Part shown: positions 47,657-57,898 of the stretch, one piece after another
Layout of the letters: each line of letters starts with the position of its first letter
How positions within the stretch are numbered: position 1 is the first letter of the stretch
Assembly: GCA_041695225.1 (NCBI GenBank)
Contig: JBGFRI010000035.1
Location: forward strand, 64,001 to 128,000
Source of the DNA: Deinococcota bacterium
GTDB lineage: Bacteria; Deinococcota; Deinococci; Deinococcales; Thermaceae
DNA: 64,000 nucleotides
Direction of reading: 5' to 3'
The notes under the pieces: model-generated
The model's input: the letters and a program-made list of their open reading frames with translations, nothing else
What the model was told of the DNA's origin: nothing
Database searches by the model: none
Made by a program: the position numbers and the translations under genes

Positions 47657-49807
47657 GTGAACCACGAATTTGATGTAATCTCGGCAGCCCGCAACTGGCG
47701 GTTCAAGGATGTACGCAAGGTTTCCAGCGACATTGCAGGCGAGGTATTTGCCAGCGATGTGCTGGATATAGATGAACTGCGCGAGCTGGTTTCCAGGCCG
47801 GTCTGGAAGTCGCTCCAGGCCACCATGGATAAAGGCACCCCGCTCGACCCCAGTATCGCCGATACGGTCGCGCTGGCCATGAAGAAATGGGCGTTGGAGA
47901 AAGGGGCCACCCACTACACCCACTGGTTTCATCCCCTCACTGGCTTTACCGCTGAGAAACACGATAGCTTTTACTCGCCGGTCTCTGAAGGGAAAGTCAT
48001 TGCCTCTTTCACCGGAAAAGAACTGATCCAGGCCGAACCCGATGCCTCTTCGTTTCCCTCGGGGGGTCTGCGGGCCACTTTCGAGGCGCGGGGATACACT
48101 GCCTGGGATCCCACCTCGCCGGCCTTCATCATGTGGCACTCCAACGGTGCGACCCTGTGTATTCCCACGGCCTTTGCCAGTTGGACCGGCGAGGCCCTCG
48201 ACCTCAAAACCCCCCTGCTGCGCTCCATCGAAGCCCTCGACAGGAGTGTCCAGCGTGCCCTCAAACACTTTGCGGTAGATGCAGAAAAGGTTTTCTCCAC
48301 TCTGGGAGCTGAACAGGAGTACTTCCTGATTGACGAGGAGTTTTACTACCGACGCCCCGATCTGGTCATGACGGGTCGTACCCTGTTTGGGGCCAGGCCG
48401 CCGCGCGGACAGGAACTCGAGGACCACTACTTCGGCTCCATCCCCGACCGGGTATTGTCCTTCATGACCGATGCGGAAAACCAGCTCTATGCGCTCGGGG
48501 TTCCGGTCAAGACCCGCCACAATGAGGTAGCCCCGGGTCAGTTCGAAATCGCGCCCATTTTTGAGCCATCGAACATCGCTGCTGACCACCAGCAGCTCAT
48601 CATGCAGATCCTGCGCAACACCGCCCGCCGCTATGGCCTGGTCGCTCTGCTGCATGAGAAGCCCTTTGCGGGCATCAACGGTTCCGGCAAGCACTGCAAC
48701 TGGAGTATGGCTACCGATACCGGTATCAACCTGCTCGAGCCCGGCGATACCCCCCACGACAACCTGCAATTCCTGTTCTTCTGCGCCGCGGTGATCAAGG
48801 CCGTGGACACGCACCAGGACTTGCTGCGCATCAGCGTATCGGGAGCTTCCAACGATCACCGTCTGGGTGCAAACGAAGCACCTCCGGCGATTATGTCAAT
48901 TTTCCTGGGAGACCAGCTCACCGATATCTTTGATCGGCTATCCAACGGAAAAGGCGGTTCGGGTAAGAAGGCGGGAACCCTCGAGCTCGGCACCCCGGTT
49001 CTGCCCCCACTGCCCAAGCACGCTGGCGACCGCAACCGCACCTCGCCTTTTGCCTTCACCGGTAACAAGTTTGAGTTCCGTGCGGTGGGCAGTAGCCAGA
49101 GCATCTCCTTCCCCATCACCGTACTCAACACCATCGTGGCCGATGCGGTGGACGCCCTGATGGACTCGGTTGAAGCCAGGATGAAGAAGAAGATGCGTTT
49201 TGAGCAGGCTGCCCTCGAGACCATCAAGGAGACCTACGCCAAACACAAGCGCATCGTTTTCAATGGCGACGGCTACTCGGCAGCCTGGCACAAGGAGGCC
49301 GCCAAGCGCGGGCTGTTGAACCTTCGCACGGCCATGGATGCCATTGAACACTTTACCGACGAGAAAAACACCAGGCTCTTTGGCCGTCTGGGGGTGCTCA
49401 ACGAGCGCGAGATTCACGCCCGCCAGGAGATCATGTACGACATCTACTTTAAGCAGGTCAACATTGAAGGCGAGACCACCGAGTGGATTGCCCAGACCCA
49501 GATTCTGCCCGGCGCCCTGGGCTACCTGGCTGAACTCTCGGAGATCGAAGTGAAGTCCCGTGCTGCCGAACGCACCATCCAGCAGGTCGTGGAAGCCACC
49601 GATGCCCTTTCCGATGCCCTGGAGAAGCTCAAGGCACAAAACGCCGAACTGGGGGGTGACGAGGTGCACGAAAAAGCCCACCATATGCGCGATAACGTGC
49701 TGCCCGCAATGACCGAGGTACGCAAGGCAGCCGATGTGCTCGAGCGCGTCCTGGCCGATTCCTACTGGCCCTTGCCCAGCTACCGGGAGATGCTCTTCAT
49801 CAAGTGA
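47657..49807 (+). CDS. glnN: Glutamine synthetase type III
   Basis: [52 protein letters not shown] and [18 protein letters not shown] motifs; GGAGG RBS before GTG 47657. Confidence 0.93.
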   Translation: MNHEFDVISAARNWRFKDVRKVSSDIAGEVFASDVLDIDELRELVSRPVWKSLQATMDKGTPLDPSIADTVALAMKKWALEKGATHYTHWFHPLTGFTAEKHDSFYSPVSEGKVIASFTGKELIQAEPDASSFPSGGLRATFEARGYTAWDPTSPAFIMWHSNGATLCIPTAFASWTGEALDLKTPLLRSIEALDRSVQRALKHFAVDAEKVFSTLGAEQEYFLIDEEFYYRRPDLVMTGRTLFGARPPRGQELEDHYFGSIPDRVLSFMTDAENQLYALGVPVKTRHNEVAPGQFEIAPIFEPSNIAADHQQLIMQILRNTARRYGLVALLHEKPFAGINGSGKHCNWSMATDTGINLLEPGDTPHDNLQFLFFCAAVIKAVDTHQDLLRISVSGASNDHRLGANEAPPAIMSIFLGDQLTDIFDRLSNGKGGSGKKAGTLELGTPVLPPLPKHAGDRNRTSPFAFTGNKFEFRAVGSSQSISFPITVLNTIVADAVDALMDSVEARMKKKMRFEQAALETIKETYAKHKRIVFNGDGYSAAWHKEAAKRGLLNLRTAMDAIEHFTDEKNTRLFGRLGVLNEREIHARQEIMYDIYFKQVNIEGETTEWIAQTQILPGALGYLAELSEIEVKSRAAERTIQQVVEATDALSDALEKLKAQNAELGGDEVHEKAHHMRDNVLPAMTEVRKAADVLERVLADSYWPLPSYREMLFIK

Positions 49808-49831
49808 AAACCTGCTGCGCCTGCCTTATAT

Positions 49832-49861
49832 CACCTCCCACCCCGGGGGGTGTTTTTGTTT
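49832..49861 (+). terminator. Intrinsic terminator after GS-III
   Basis: CACCTCC...GGGGGTG stem followed by TTTTTGTTT. Confidence 0.7.
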
Positions 49862-50053
49862 GGCCAAACCGCTGCCCAACCTGCCACTGCCGCGTTGTGT
49901 TTCGGAGCCGAAAGCGACCGGGCGAAGCCGGAAACCGGCTTTAATTGCGTTTATGGGGGACTTTTCGCGCCCCCTGCGCACAAGGGGGCGCTGGTTACAG
50001 GCCAATACGTTATAATCATATTCGTAAGTCAAGTTATGCAGGAGGAAGCAGGT

Positions 50054-50572
50054 ATGAAGGATTCGGTTTTAGAGGCCCTGCTGGACTCGTATGGGCGCAA
50101 CAACACCATCTTGCTCAACCTGCTCGGGGCTTTGCCGGAAGGGGGGATGGATGCGAAGGCCATGGAAGGAAGCCCGTCCGTCTCGGTGCAGTTTTCACAC
50201 CTTCACCAGACCCGGCTGTTCTGGCTTTCCCAGACCGCCCCAGAGTTTGCGGAGGGTCTGTCCCCGCTTTTCGGCAAGGACGGCCAGGACGGGCGGGCCG
50301 AGCCTGACCCAGAGCGCATCGAACAAGCCCTGAACCAGAGTGCGAGTGCGGTCTGCGAGGCGGTGAAGGCCCGGCTGCACACCGGCCGGGCCATGAAAGG
50401 CAAGAACGCTGCCTACGACCACCCCATCCTGTTGCTCCAGCACCTGCTCTGGCATGAGGGCTATCATGTCGGGCAGATCAAGCTGGCCCTCAAGGCGGTG
50501 GGCCACACGATGAGCGAGGAGACCGAGGAAAAGGCCATTTGGGGTCTGTGGCGAACCGAAACCTGGGCGTAA
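50054..50572 (+). CDS. DinB-family protein
   Basis: QFSHLH..R and QHLLWHEGYHVGQI metal-binding histidines; AGGAGG RBS. Confidence 0.85.
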   Translation: MKDSVLEALLDSYGRNNTILLNLLGALPEGGMDAKAMEGSPSVSVQFSHLHQTRLFWLSQTAPEFAEGLSPLFGKDGQDGRAEPDPERIEQALNQSASAVCEAVKARLHTGRAMKGKNAAYDHPILLLQHLLWHEGYHVGQIKLALKAVGHTMSEETEEKAIWGLWRTETWA

Positions 50573-50598
50573 GGTTGGGTCCCCACCAACGGAGAAAT

Positions 50599-51102
50599 AT
50601 GCTGCTTCAGAACCTGAAGGCACTCTACCTGCGCGAAATTTCCACCCTGGGGCGCGAGCTCGATCTCTACCCCGACGACGCCAGCGTCTGGAAGGAGCTG
50701 CCCGGCCTGCCCAACCCTGCCGGAACGCTGTTCTTGCACCTGGCGGGCAGCCTACAGCACTTCTTCGGGGCCACCTTCGGCCATACCGGATATGTGCGGG
50801 ATCGTGCGGCGGAATTCAGCAGGCGTGGCGTGCCGCGAAGCGAAATCCGGCAGGAGCTGTCGGGGGCCAGGCAGGGTGTGCTGGCGGGGTTCGCAAACCT
50901 GACCGAGAACCACTTGGGCCAGCTATTCCCGGTCAGATATGCCGACGGAGAATTCTCGACCCGGCTCACCCTGCTCCAGTTCCTCACTCATCTGGCCTAT
51001 CATCTGGGCCAGATTGACTACCACCGCCGGGTGGTGACCGGCGACCGCACCTCGGCCCATGCGATAGCGGCTGCTGTGCTTATAGGAGAAAGCAGTGACT
51101 GA
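50599..51102 (+). CDS. DinB/DUF1572-family protein
   Basis: NPAGTL.LHLAG, YVRDRAAEF and HLAYHLGQIDYHRR motifs. Confidence 0.85.
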   Translation: MLLQNLKALYLREISTLGRELDLYPDDASVWKELPGLPNPAGTLFLHLAGSLQHFFGATFGHTGYVRDRAAEFSRRGVPRSEIRQELSGARQGVLAGFANLTENHLGQLFPVRYADGEFSTRLTLLQFLTHLAYHLGQIDYHRRVVTGDRTSAHAIAAAVLIGESSD

Positions 51103-51580
51103 TGAAGTTATCACCGCTGCATCAACTAAATTTGTGGAGGGGTTGATTGAGGAGTGGAGTTCGTTCGTCCCGGCCACCCGTGCTCTGGACAACCTGTCTC
51201 CCGAGCAGGCGGTGACCAAACTCGAGGGCTGGCCCCACTCCATTGCCGAGGTGGTCGCCCACATGCTGTTCTGGCAGCGGCACGATCTCCAGACCATCGA
51301 GACCGGCTCGGAGCCGGAAGTTGACCAGGCTGAAAACTGGCCGGCTGTCACGTCGGACGATTGGCCGCGCCTTAAGGACGCGTTTCTGGCGGCCCTCGAG
51401 CAGGCTAAAGAGATCGCTCGAGACCCCGAAAACCTCGAGCGTGTCATTCTGGGCGGCAAATACTCGGTCGGGGCGAGGCTGGTCTGGTTTACCGGCCACA
51501 ACGCCTACCACCTCGGGCAGGTGGTCATGCTGCGGCGCATCCTGGGCGCCTGGCCTCCGCCTGGGGGAGGCATGGAGTGA
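51095..51580 (+). CDS. DinB-family protein
   Basis: HSIAEVVAHM.FWQ and HNAYHLGQVV.LRR.LG.WPP motifs. Confidence 0.85.
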   Translation: MTDEVITAASTKFVEGLIEEWSSFVPATRALDNLSPEQAVTKLEGWPHSIAEVVAHMLFWQRHDLQTIETGSEPEVDQAENWPAVTSDDWPRLKDAFLAALEQAKEIARDPENLERVILGGKYSVGARLVWFTGHNAYHLGQVVMLRRILGAWPPPGGGME

Positions 51581-51882
51581 ACCTCGAGTTCAGCGGTGAA
51601 ATCTGGGAGTGGCGCGGCCCCGCTCCGTTCTACTTTGTGACCGTGCCCGAGGAGCAGAGCCAGGCCATCAAGAGTGCCGAGCGGTTTTTGACCTACGGCT
51701 GGGGCATGATTCCGGTAAAAGTCCGTATCGGAAAGACCGAGTGGAAGACCTCGCTGTGGCCCAAGGACGGCCTGTACGTCGTCCCGCTCAAGGACAAAGT
51801 TCGCCAGGCCGAGGGCTTGGGGGCAGGACAGACCGTAGAGGTGTGGCTCGAGGTCGGTTCAGATGAGAAGTGGAAGCAATGA
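51577..51882 (+). CDS. DUF1905 domain protein
   Basis: WRGPAPFYFV.VP, YGWGMIPV, W.TSL.PKDG.Y.VPLK..VR.AEGL motifs. Confidence 0.85.
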   Translation: MNLEFSGEIWEWRGPAPFYFVTVPEEQSQAIKSAERFLTYGWGMIPVKVRIGKTEWKTSLWPKDGLYVVPLKDKVRQAEGLGAGQTVEVWLEVGSDEKWKQ

Positions 51883-52394
51883 ACATTCCCGAGATGTACG
51901 AGTATCTGGTTCATGCCCGCCGTGAGTTGTGGGGAGTGCTCGAGGCCGTGCCGGATGAGGTTCTGTCGCGCCCGTTGCTGGGCGGTGAGCGCTTCCACTG
52001 CATCAAAGACCTGGTGTTTCACATCGCCTCGGTGGAGGACTTCTGGCTGCACGAGGACATCCAGCGCGACGCACCTGTGTTCGTGACCACCCCCGTCCTC
52101 AACGGCACCGAGGGCGGCCCGGAGTATGCGGGCTTCGCACTACCGACGCTGCTGGACTACTGGCGGGCGGTGGAGGTGAGCACCCTCGAGTATCTCTCCA
52201 CGCTTACGGTCGCAGAGTTACAGCGCGTCCTGAGTCCGCACGACGACCCCCAGAAGCGATACACGGTGGACGGCCTGCTCTGGCATGTGATGGTTCACGA
52301 GATGCGCCACACCGCGCAGATCGCGGTGCTGCTGCGCACCCAGGGCATCAAGCCGCCTGCCCTCGACCTGCTGTGGTATCTGCCCGAGCCGTAA
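51879..52394 (+). CDS. DinB-family protein
   Basis: IKDLVFHIA.VED.W and WHVMVHEMRHTAQI..LLR..G..PP..D motifs; ATGA overlap with the previous stop. Confidence 0.85.
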   Translation: MNIPEMYEYLVHARRELWGVLEAVPDEVLSRPLLGGERFHCIKDLVFHIASVEDFWLHEDIQRDAPVFVTTPVLNGTEGGPEYAGFALPTLLDYWRAVEVSTLEYLSTLTVAELQRVLSPHDDPQKRYTVDGLLWHVMVHEMRHTAQIAVLLRTQGIKPPALDLLWYLPEP

Positions 52395-52430
52395 CGAGCT
52401 GGGTGATGTGCTGTCACCAACCCCCCGACG

Positions 52431-53150
52431 CTAGGCGCCGGGATTGTCGGGCTGCTCCGTCTGCTCCCAGAGCTGCTGCTCGATCTCGGCGTTCTGGCGG
52501 TGCAGCCGCAGGATTTGCTCGTTGCCCCTGGCCCGGCGTTGCTCGATGGCCTTGCTGGTAGCGGCCTCGAGGTAGCTCAGGCGCAAAAGCTCGGTGGCGG
52601 TCATGCCGTCGCGGGTGTTGCGGGCCTTGCGGGCACGGCGGAAGTCCGCGGAGTTCATTTTGAGCACACTCTGGTTGGAAAGCGAGCTGACCTGCTGGTA
52701 GATGTGGCCCTCGCCGCCGTGCTTGGCCACCGTGGACATGAAGCGCTTGCGTGACTCCACGCTCTCGAGCCGGGCCGAGAGCCAGCGTCGGTGCCCGGGC
52801 GAGGGGCTGCGCTCGACCACCTCGGCGGCCAGGGTCACGTCACCCTCCAGGTAGCGCCGCAGGATCTCCCTGGCCCTGCCGCGCCATCGCCGGGCCTCGA
52901 GGGTATCCAGGCTGAAGACCAACATGGCATATTCGGTGTAGCTAAGCGCGGCCTCGCGCACCCCGCCAAAGCTGCGCAGGCTGGGGCGCAGCCCATGTGC
53001 GCGAGCGAGGGCCTCGAGTTCTTCTGGGACCCCGCTCAGACCCAAAGAGCGGAGGGCCTCAAGGGCGTGGATGCGTCCGTCGGGGGTGGCGCGTACGCTG
53101 CTTTTGCCGAACCTGACGAAGGAGGTAGGTTTCGTGCGGGTTGCATTCAC
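52431..53150 (-). CDS. ddrC: DNA damage response protein DdrC
   Basis: LDT.EARRW..RARE.L, GDV..AA..ER.P, RRWL.ARLES, TVA.HGGEG..Y, TRDG.T..ELLRL.Y and ARGN..IL.LH match D. radiodurans DdrC as recalled; TATACT 6 nt before GTG. Confidence 0.85.
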   Translation of the reverse strand: MNATRTKPTSFVRFGKSSVRATPDGRIHALEALRSLGLSGVPEELEALARAHGLRPSLRSFGGVREAALSYTEYAMLVFSLDTLEARRWRGRAREILRRYLEGDVTLAAEVVERSPSPGHRRWLSARLESVESRKRFMSTVAKHGGEGHIYQQVSSLSNQSVLKMNSADFRRARKARNTRDGMTATELLRLSYLEAATSKAIEQRRARGNEQILRLHRQNAEIEQQLWEQTEQPDNPGA

Positions 53151-53169
53151 CTCCCCAGTATAACACAAA

Positions 53170-53186
53170 TTATGTTTTTAGCAAAA
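53170..53186. promoter_or_regulatory. RDRM-like (DdrO) operator in the ddrC promoter
   Basis: 17-bp TTATGTTTTTAGCAAAA overlapping -35 TTGCTA (53184-53179), 16 bp from -10 TATACT. Confidence 0.7.
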
Positions 53187-53380
53187 TATAACCAGCGCCG
53201 GATTGCTCCTAAAACAACCCTGTCAATCAGGGTATTTTTCTGTTTCAGAACGATAAACCTGCCTCCAAGCCCAGCCCGTAACACCCCTGTGATACAAATT
53301 CCTAAAAACCATGAATCGGATCTGATTATGTAAAAAACAGAAAATCAAAGAACCTCGCGCTCCAACTTCAGACCATTGGC

Positions 53381-53851
53381 TCACGAACGAACCCAGTGTT
53401 TGAGGAAATCTACCAGCGCCTGCAACTCCCTGGGTTTGGCATTATAGGTCATGTGGGTGGGATTACGGCCTTCCCAACCAGCAAAACCCTGGGGCAGGGC
53501 GGGCAGATCGGCGGGATAGGCCTGGATCTCAAGTTCGATTTTGTCCGAGAAGATCCGATACGAAACCGCAGCTTTGGGAAGGTATTTGAGATCGGTGCTG
53601 GCCAGGTAGTTTTGGAGTACCAGAAAGTGCGCAAAAAACTGACCCATGTGGTCGCGGGGACGAAACCCCAACCCATCGCACTCGAGGCGAAAGCCAAAAT
53701 GCCCCTCCACACTGGCCCTGGTCTGTAAGTTGCGGGGATTTTCCAGTGGGAGCCACTCGGTTTGCCCGCTGATCAAGAGTTGTATTTCCAAGGGAGGCTT
53801 GGGCTTATACGGCTGCTGGCTCTCTAAAGACATGGATTTCACCCCTTGCAC
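53381..53851 (-). CDS. Hypothetical protein
   Basis: 156-aa ORF filling the gap between ddrC and speA; no recognised motif. The start may be 53833. Confidence 0.55.
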   Translation of the reverse strand: MQGVKSMSLESQQPYKPKPPLEIQLLISGQTEWLPLENPRNLQTRASVEGHFGFRLECDGLGFRPRDHMGQFFAHFLVLQNYLASTDLKYLPKAAVSYRIFSDKIELEIQAYPADLPALPQGFAGWEGRNPTHMTYNAKPRELQALVDFLKHWVRS

Positions 53852-54124
53852 CCCATCATAGTGCAGAGAAAGTGAGCAGGGGAGAGAAGCGCGTGGGAGC
53901 TGGAGTCTGGGACTGGTTACTCCCTGCTTTTGGCCCCTTGCCGCTGAATGGCGATTTCCTATAGCATCTTGGGGCAGTTTGCCCTACACTCTTTTCTGGA
54001 CAGCGCACGGTGGATGCCGTGGTAGTGCTTGCCCCTGTGCTTGCACCGAGACATTCAGACCGTAGCCTGGGCGCCCACCTCCTTCCTGCTTAAGGAGAGC
54101 GCTTTAAGGAGACCGGGATTCAAG

Positions 54125-56017
54125 TTGGAGAAGCTCAAACGTTACACTGCCAAGGATGCCGAAGAAACCTACCTCGTCCCCCACTGGGCGGCGGGGTTTT
54201 TTCGGGTGGGAGAGGATGGCGAGCTCGAGGTCACACCGACTGGCGAAGACGGCTCCAGCGCTTCGCTCTATGAGATCGTGCAGGACTTGCGGGATGAAGG
54301 TCGTCCTCTGCCTGTAATGCTGCGCTTTCCTCAGATTCTGGAAGCTCGAGTGGTGGCCCTGAACGAAGCCTTCAAGCGGGCTATCAAAAAGTATCACTTC
54401 GACGCTGAATACCGGGGCCTTTATCCGGTCAAGGTAAACCAGCGGCGCATGGTAGTGGAGACCATTGCCCGGGCCGGGAGGCCTTATGCTCACGGCCTCG
54501 AGGCCGGCTCCAAAGCCGAGCTGGCCCTGATCCTGGCGCAGAACCTGCATCCCCAGGCCATCATCGCCTGCAATGGCTTCAAAGACGACGACTTCATCCG
54601 CCTGGCCCTGATGGGCAAAAAACTGGGCAAAAACGTCATCATTACCCTGGAGAAATTCGCCGAACTGGGCCGGGTCATTCGCATTGCCCAGGAGCTCGAG
54701 GTAGAACCGCAGATCGGCATCCGGTACAAGCCCAAGACCAAAGGCTCGGGCCAGTGGGAAGAATCGGGCGGCGAGGCCGCCAAATTCGGCTTCACCACCC
54801 CCGAGATCATTCGTGCCGTGGACATGCTGGCCGAGGCCGGAATGCTGGGAACCATCGCCATGTTGCACTCGCACATCGGCAGCCAGGTTACCGACATCCG
54901 CCGCATCAAACAGGCCGTGCGCGAGATTGCCCAGACCTATGTGCAGCTACGCAAACTGGGGGCCCCTGTACGCTACCTCAACCTGGGCGGTGGCCTGGCG
55001 GTAGACTACGACGGCTCCAAAACCGCCTTCTACGCCTCGGCCAACTACTCCCTGAACGAGTACGCCGAAGATCTGGTCTACGTCACCATGGAAGTCTGCG
55101 ACTCTCATGGCGAACCCCACCCCAGTCTGGTCACCGAGTCGGGCCGGGCCATCACCGCCTACCACAGTGTGTTGGTGCTGGAAGTGGTGGATACCATCCG
55201 CCCTCCCGGCGAAGAGAAAGTTGAGCAACCCAAAGACGTCCATCCAGTGGTCAAGGATATGTTCGACCTGGCCAGAAGCATCTCGGCCAAGAACTACCGC
55301 GAGGTCTACCACGACGCCTTCGCCAACAAGGACACCATCCAGAACCTCTACGACCTGGGCCTGATCTCGCTGCGCGACCGGGCGGCTGCCGAGGCGCTGT
55401 TCTACCAGATTGCCCGCAAGACCCTCAAGCTGGCTTTGGAGCTCGACTACCCCGCCGACGAACTCGAAGACCTGCAAAAAATGTTAGCCGACAAGCTGGT
55501 CTGCAACTTCAGCCTCTTCCAGAGCCTGCCCGATTCCTGGGCCATCAAGCAGATGTTCCCCATCGTGCCGCTCTCACGCCTGAACGAGCGCCCCACCCGC
55601 GAGGCCACCCTGGTGGACATCACCTGCGACAGCGATGGCAAGTTTGACCGCTTCATTGATACCCACGATGTACGCAACACCCTGCCCGTCCACGAAATTC
55701 GCGAAGGCGAGCGCTACTACCTGGGGGTTTTCCTCACCGGGGCCTACCAGGACGTTCTGGGCATGAACCACAACCTCTTCGGGCGTATTGGCGAGGCCCA
55801 CGTGATGGTAGACCAGGATGGCTACGACATCGAGCGCTTCATCCTGGGTGAGAAGGCCCGGCGGGTGATTGAGAAGATGGGCTACGAGGACGACGAGTTG
55901 GCTGAAGCAGTCGAGAAGCTGGTGCGTTCCTCGAAGAAGCTGACCCCGGTGGAGAAAGGCTCGTTCATGGAGCTGTATGCGCGGGAACTGGTGGGGTACA
56001 CGTACCTGGAAGATTAG
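54125..56017 (+). CDS. speA: Biosynthetic arginine decarboxylase
   Basis: YPVKVNQ, GLEAGSKAEL, HSHIGSQ, ESGRA, NFSLFQSLPDSW, DITCDSDG and GAYQD.LG..HNLFG motifs; TTG start inferred. Confidence 0.93.
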   Translation: MEKLKRYTAKDAEETYLVPHWAAGFFRVGEDGELEVTPTGEDGSSASLYEIVQDLRDEGRPLPVMLRFPQILEARVVALNEAFKRAIKKYHFDAEYRGLYPVKVNQRRMVVETIARAGRPYAHGLEAGSKAELALILAQNLHPQAIIACNGFKDDDFIRLALMGKKLGKNVIITLEKFAELGRVIRIAQELEVEPQIGIRYKPKTKGSGQWEESGGEAAKFGFTTPEIIRAVDMLAEAGMLGTIAMLHSHIGSQVTDIRRIKQAVREIAQTYVQLRKLGAPVRYLNLGGGLAVDYDGSKTAFYASANYSLNEYAEDLVYVTMEVCDSHGEPHPSLVTESGRAITAYHSVLVLEVVDTIRPPGEEKVEQPKDVHPVVKDMFDLARSISAKNYREVYHDAFANKDTIQNLYDLGLISLRDRAAAEALFYQIARKTLKLALELDYPADELEDLQKMLADKLVCNFSLFQSLPDSWAIKQMFPIVPLSRLNERPTREATLVDITCDSDGKFDRFIDTHDVRNTLPVHEIREGERYYLGVFLTGAYQDVLGMNHNLFGRIGEAHVMVDQDGYDIERFILGEKARRVIEKMGYEDDELAEAVEKLVRSSKKLTPVEKGSFMELYARELVGYTYLED

Positions 56018-56129
56018 CGCGACGAGCCGATGATTAGACAACGAATATTGCTATCTCAATGTGCTGATGGCCTCAACCCTAAAACCCTGGATTTCTTCGC
56101 AAACGGAACGCACTGCGTATGATTAGCTC

Positions 56130-56813
56130 GTGGACTACGACGTACTCATCGTGGGGGCGGGGTTTGCGGGCTGCGAGGCGGCCTATGCGCTGGCAATGAA
56201 AGGGAGGAGGGTCGGGCTGGTTACCACCAGCCTGGACTCGGTTTTCCTGCCTTTCACGCCCATCCAGGCCCCCTTCCCCCAGGGTTCTTTGCTGGCCGAG
56301 GTGGGAGAAGACGGTCTCAAGGGCTGGGCTTTGCACAGCCGGGCCAAGTACAAACTGGAAAACCACTCCCGCATTCACCTCCTGCAACTCTCGGTGACCC
56401 GGTTGCAGTTGGAAGGACAGGCCGCAGTGGGTATCGAAACTTGGGAGGGGCCGCGCAAAACCGCCGCAACAGTGGTACTGGCGGTGGGGAGTTTTCTGGG
56501 GCCCAAACTCTACCTTGGCAGCATGGCCGAGGAAGCCGGGCGCCTGTCGGAGGTGGCCTATCCCGACCTCTACCAGCACCTGAGACAGCTTGGTTTTGCC
56601 TTCACCACCCAGCAGGCCGAGGTTGCCGAGCGGGACGGAACCCCCGGCTATCGTGTCGAGTACAGGGTATTTGCCGAGGCTGAGTGGGATTCGGCTTCCT
56701 TTCGGCTGCACCGCCTGGAAGGTCTGTATGGACTGGGCCTGTGCGTGCTGGGCCAGGGCACGTATGCCCGGATGGCCGAAGAAGGGTTGCGTTTAGCGGT
56801 CGCAATGGATTAA
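56130..56813 (+). CDS. Small GidA/MnmG-like FAD-binding protein
   Basis: DVLIVGAGFAGCEAA, ETWEGP, LAVGSFL and EEAGRLSE motifs, as in Thermus small GidA. Confidence 0.8.
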   Translation: MDYDVLIVGAGFAGCEAAYALAMKGRRVGLVTTSLDSVFLPFTPIQAPFPQGSLLAEVGEDGLKGWALHSRAKYKLENHSRIHLLQLSVTRLQLEGQAAVGIETWEGPRKTAATVVLAVGSFLGPKLYLGSMAEEAGRLSEVAYPDLYQHLRQLGFAFTTQQAEVAERDGTPGYRVEYRVFAEAEWDSASFRLHRLEGLYGLGLCVLGQGTYARMAEEGLRLAVAMD

Positions 56814-57823
56814 AGCAGGCGAGACTGTCCAGCCCGGATCAGTTCCAGTATCTTTCGATCCAGCCGCGATAAAGGGCGGTTCTTGGGGTTTTCCCTGGCC
56901 TCCCAGTGAGCTTGGTAGACCTGAATGTGTAGTTTGCGGTGGGTGAAGTTGTGGCGTACGGTGCCCACGGGCTCGGCGGAGTCCAGCCCGAAGCGGGCCA
57001 GCAGGCGGCCCAGGGCCCCCGGGCCCTCCTCCATCGGAAAGCCCCACAGTCCACCCAGAACGCGGCCCTGGCGCAGCTCGAGGTGGACTCCTTTCGGCCC
57101 CTGTAAAACCAGCGCCACCACCTCGAGGCCTTTCTGTTTGCGCGCTCTGGTGGCAGGATAGCGCTCGGGGCGGGTTTTCCCCTGGCAAAACCGGGCCGCT
57201 GGGCAGACCCTGCAGCCCGGGTTCTGGGGCGTGCAAACCGTAGCGCCCAGTTCCATCAGGGCCTGGTTCCAGTCGCCGGGCAGGGAGCCGTCGGAGGTGT
57301 TCACACTCCCGCCCCAGTAGACCAGCTCGGCCATCAGGGTATCGGCGGCTTCCTGCACTTGCTTAGGGTTTGGATTTTCCCAGGCATTCCAGCGCGACAA
57401 GACCCGCCGCACATTGCCATCCGCCGCCGCGACCGGCTCGCCAAACGCAATCGAGGCTACGGCGGCTGCGGTGTAGGGGCCGATGCCGGGCAGGGCCTGC
57501 AATTCACTGGACGATCTGGGGAGATGCTGGCTGCCAGAGATAATCTTGTGGGCCAGCTTGTGCAGGTTGCGGGCCCTGGCGTAGTAGCCACAACCCTGCC
57601 AGGCTTTGAGTACGGCCTCCTGGTCGGCCCTGGCCAGGTCTTCCAGGGTAGGGAATTGCTGCAAAAAACGCTGGTAATAAGGAATGGCCTGCTCGACCCT
57701 GGTCTGCTGCAACAGGACTTCCGACACCAGAATCCTGTAGGGGTCTGACTCCCCCCGCCACGGTAGCTTGCGCTTGTGGAGTTGATACCAGGTCAACAGG
57801 GTGCTGTGGAGGTCGCTGGGCAT
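56810..57823 (-). CDS. mutY: A/G-specific adenine glycosylase
   Basis: LPWR, SEVLLQQT, GYYARARNL, LPGIGPYTA, DGNV.RV and C-x6-C-x2-C-x5-C motifs. Confidence 0.95.
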   Translation of the reverse strand: MPSDLHSTLLTWYQLHKRKLPWRGESDPYRILVSEVLLQQTRVEQAIPYYQRFLQQFPTLEDLARADQEAVLKAWQGCGYYARARNLHKLAHKIISGSQHLPRSSSELQALPGIGPYTAAAVASIAFGEPVAAADGNVRRVLSRWNAWENPNPKQVQEAADTLMAELVYWGGSVNTSDGSLPGDWNQALMELGATVCTPQNPGCRVCPAARFCQGKTRPERYPATRARKQKGLEVVALVLQGPKGVHLELRQGRVLGGLWGFPMEEGPGALGRLLARFGLDSAEPVGTVRHNFTHRKLHIQVYQAHWEARENPKNRPLSRLDRKILELIRAGQSRLL

Positions 57824-57898
57824 AGTCGGAAAAAATCATGGGCCAGGGGTCGGCCCTCGGTTGTAAGGCGGGTTCATCCGGTACGGCTGGCTGCCAGC

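Noticed and set aside
47555..48859. Long antisense ORFs (also 43955..45049, 6846..7742, 57776..58699, 42498..43424)
   Set aside because: These are shadow frames of well-supported genes, expected in high-GC DNA with biased third positions.
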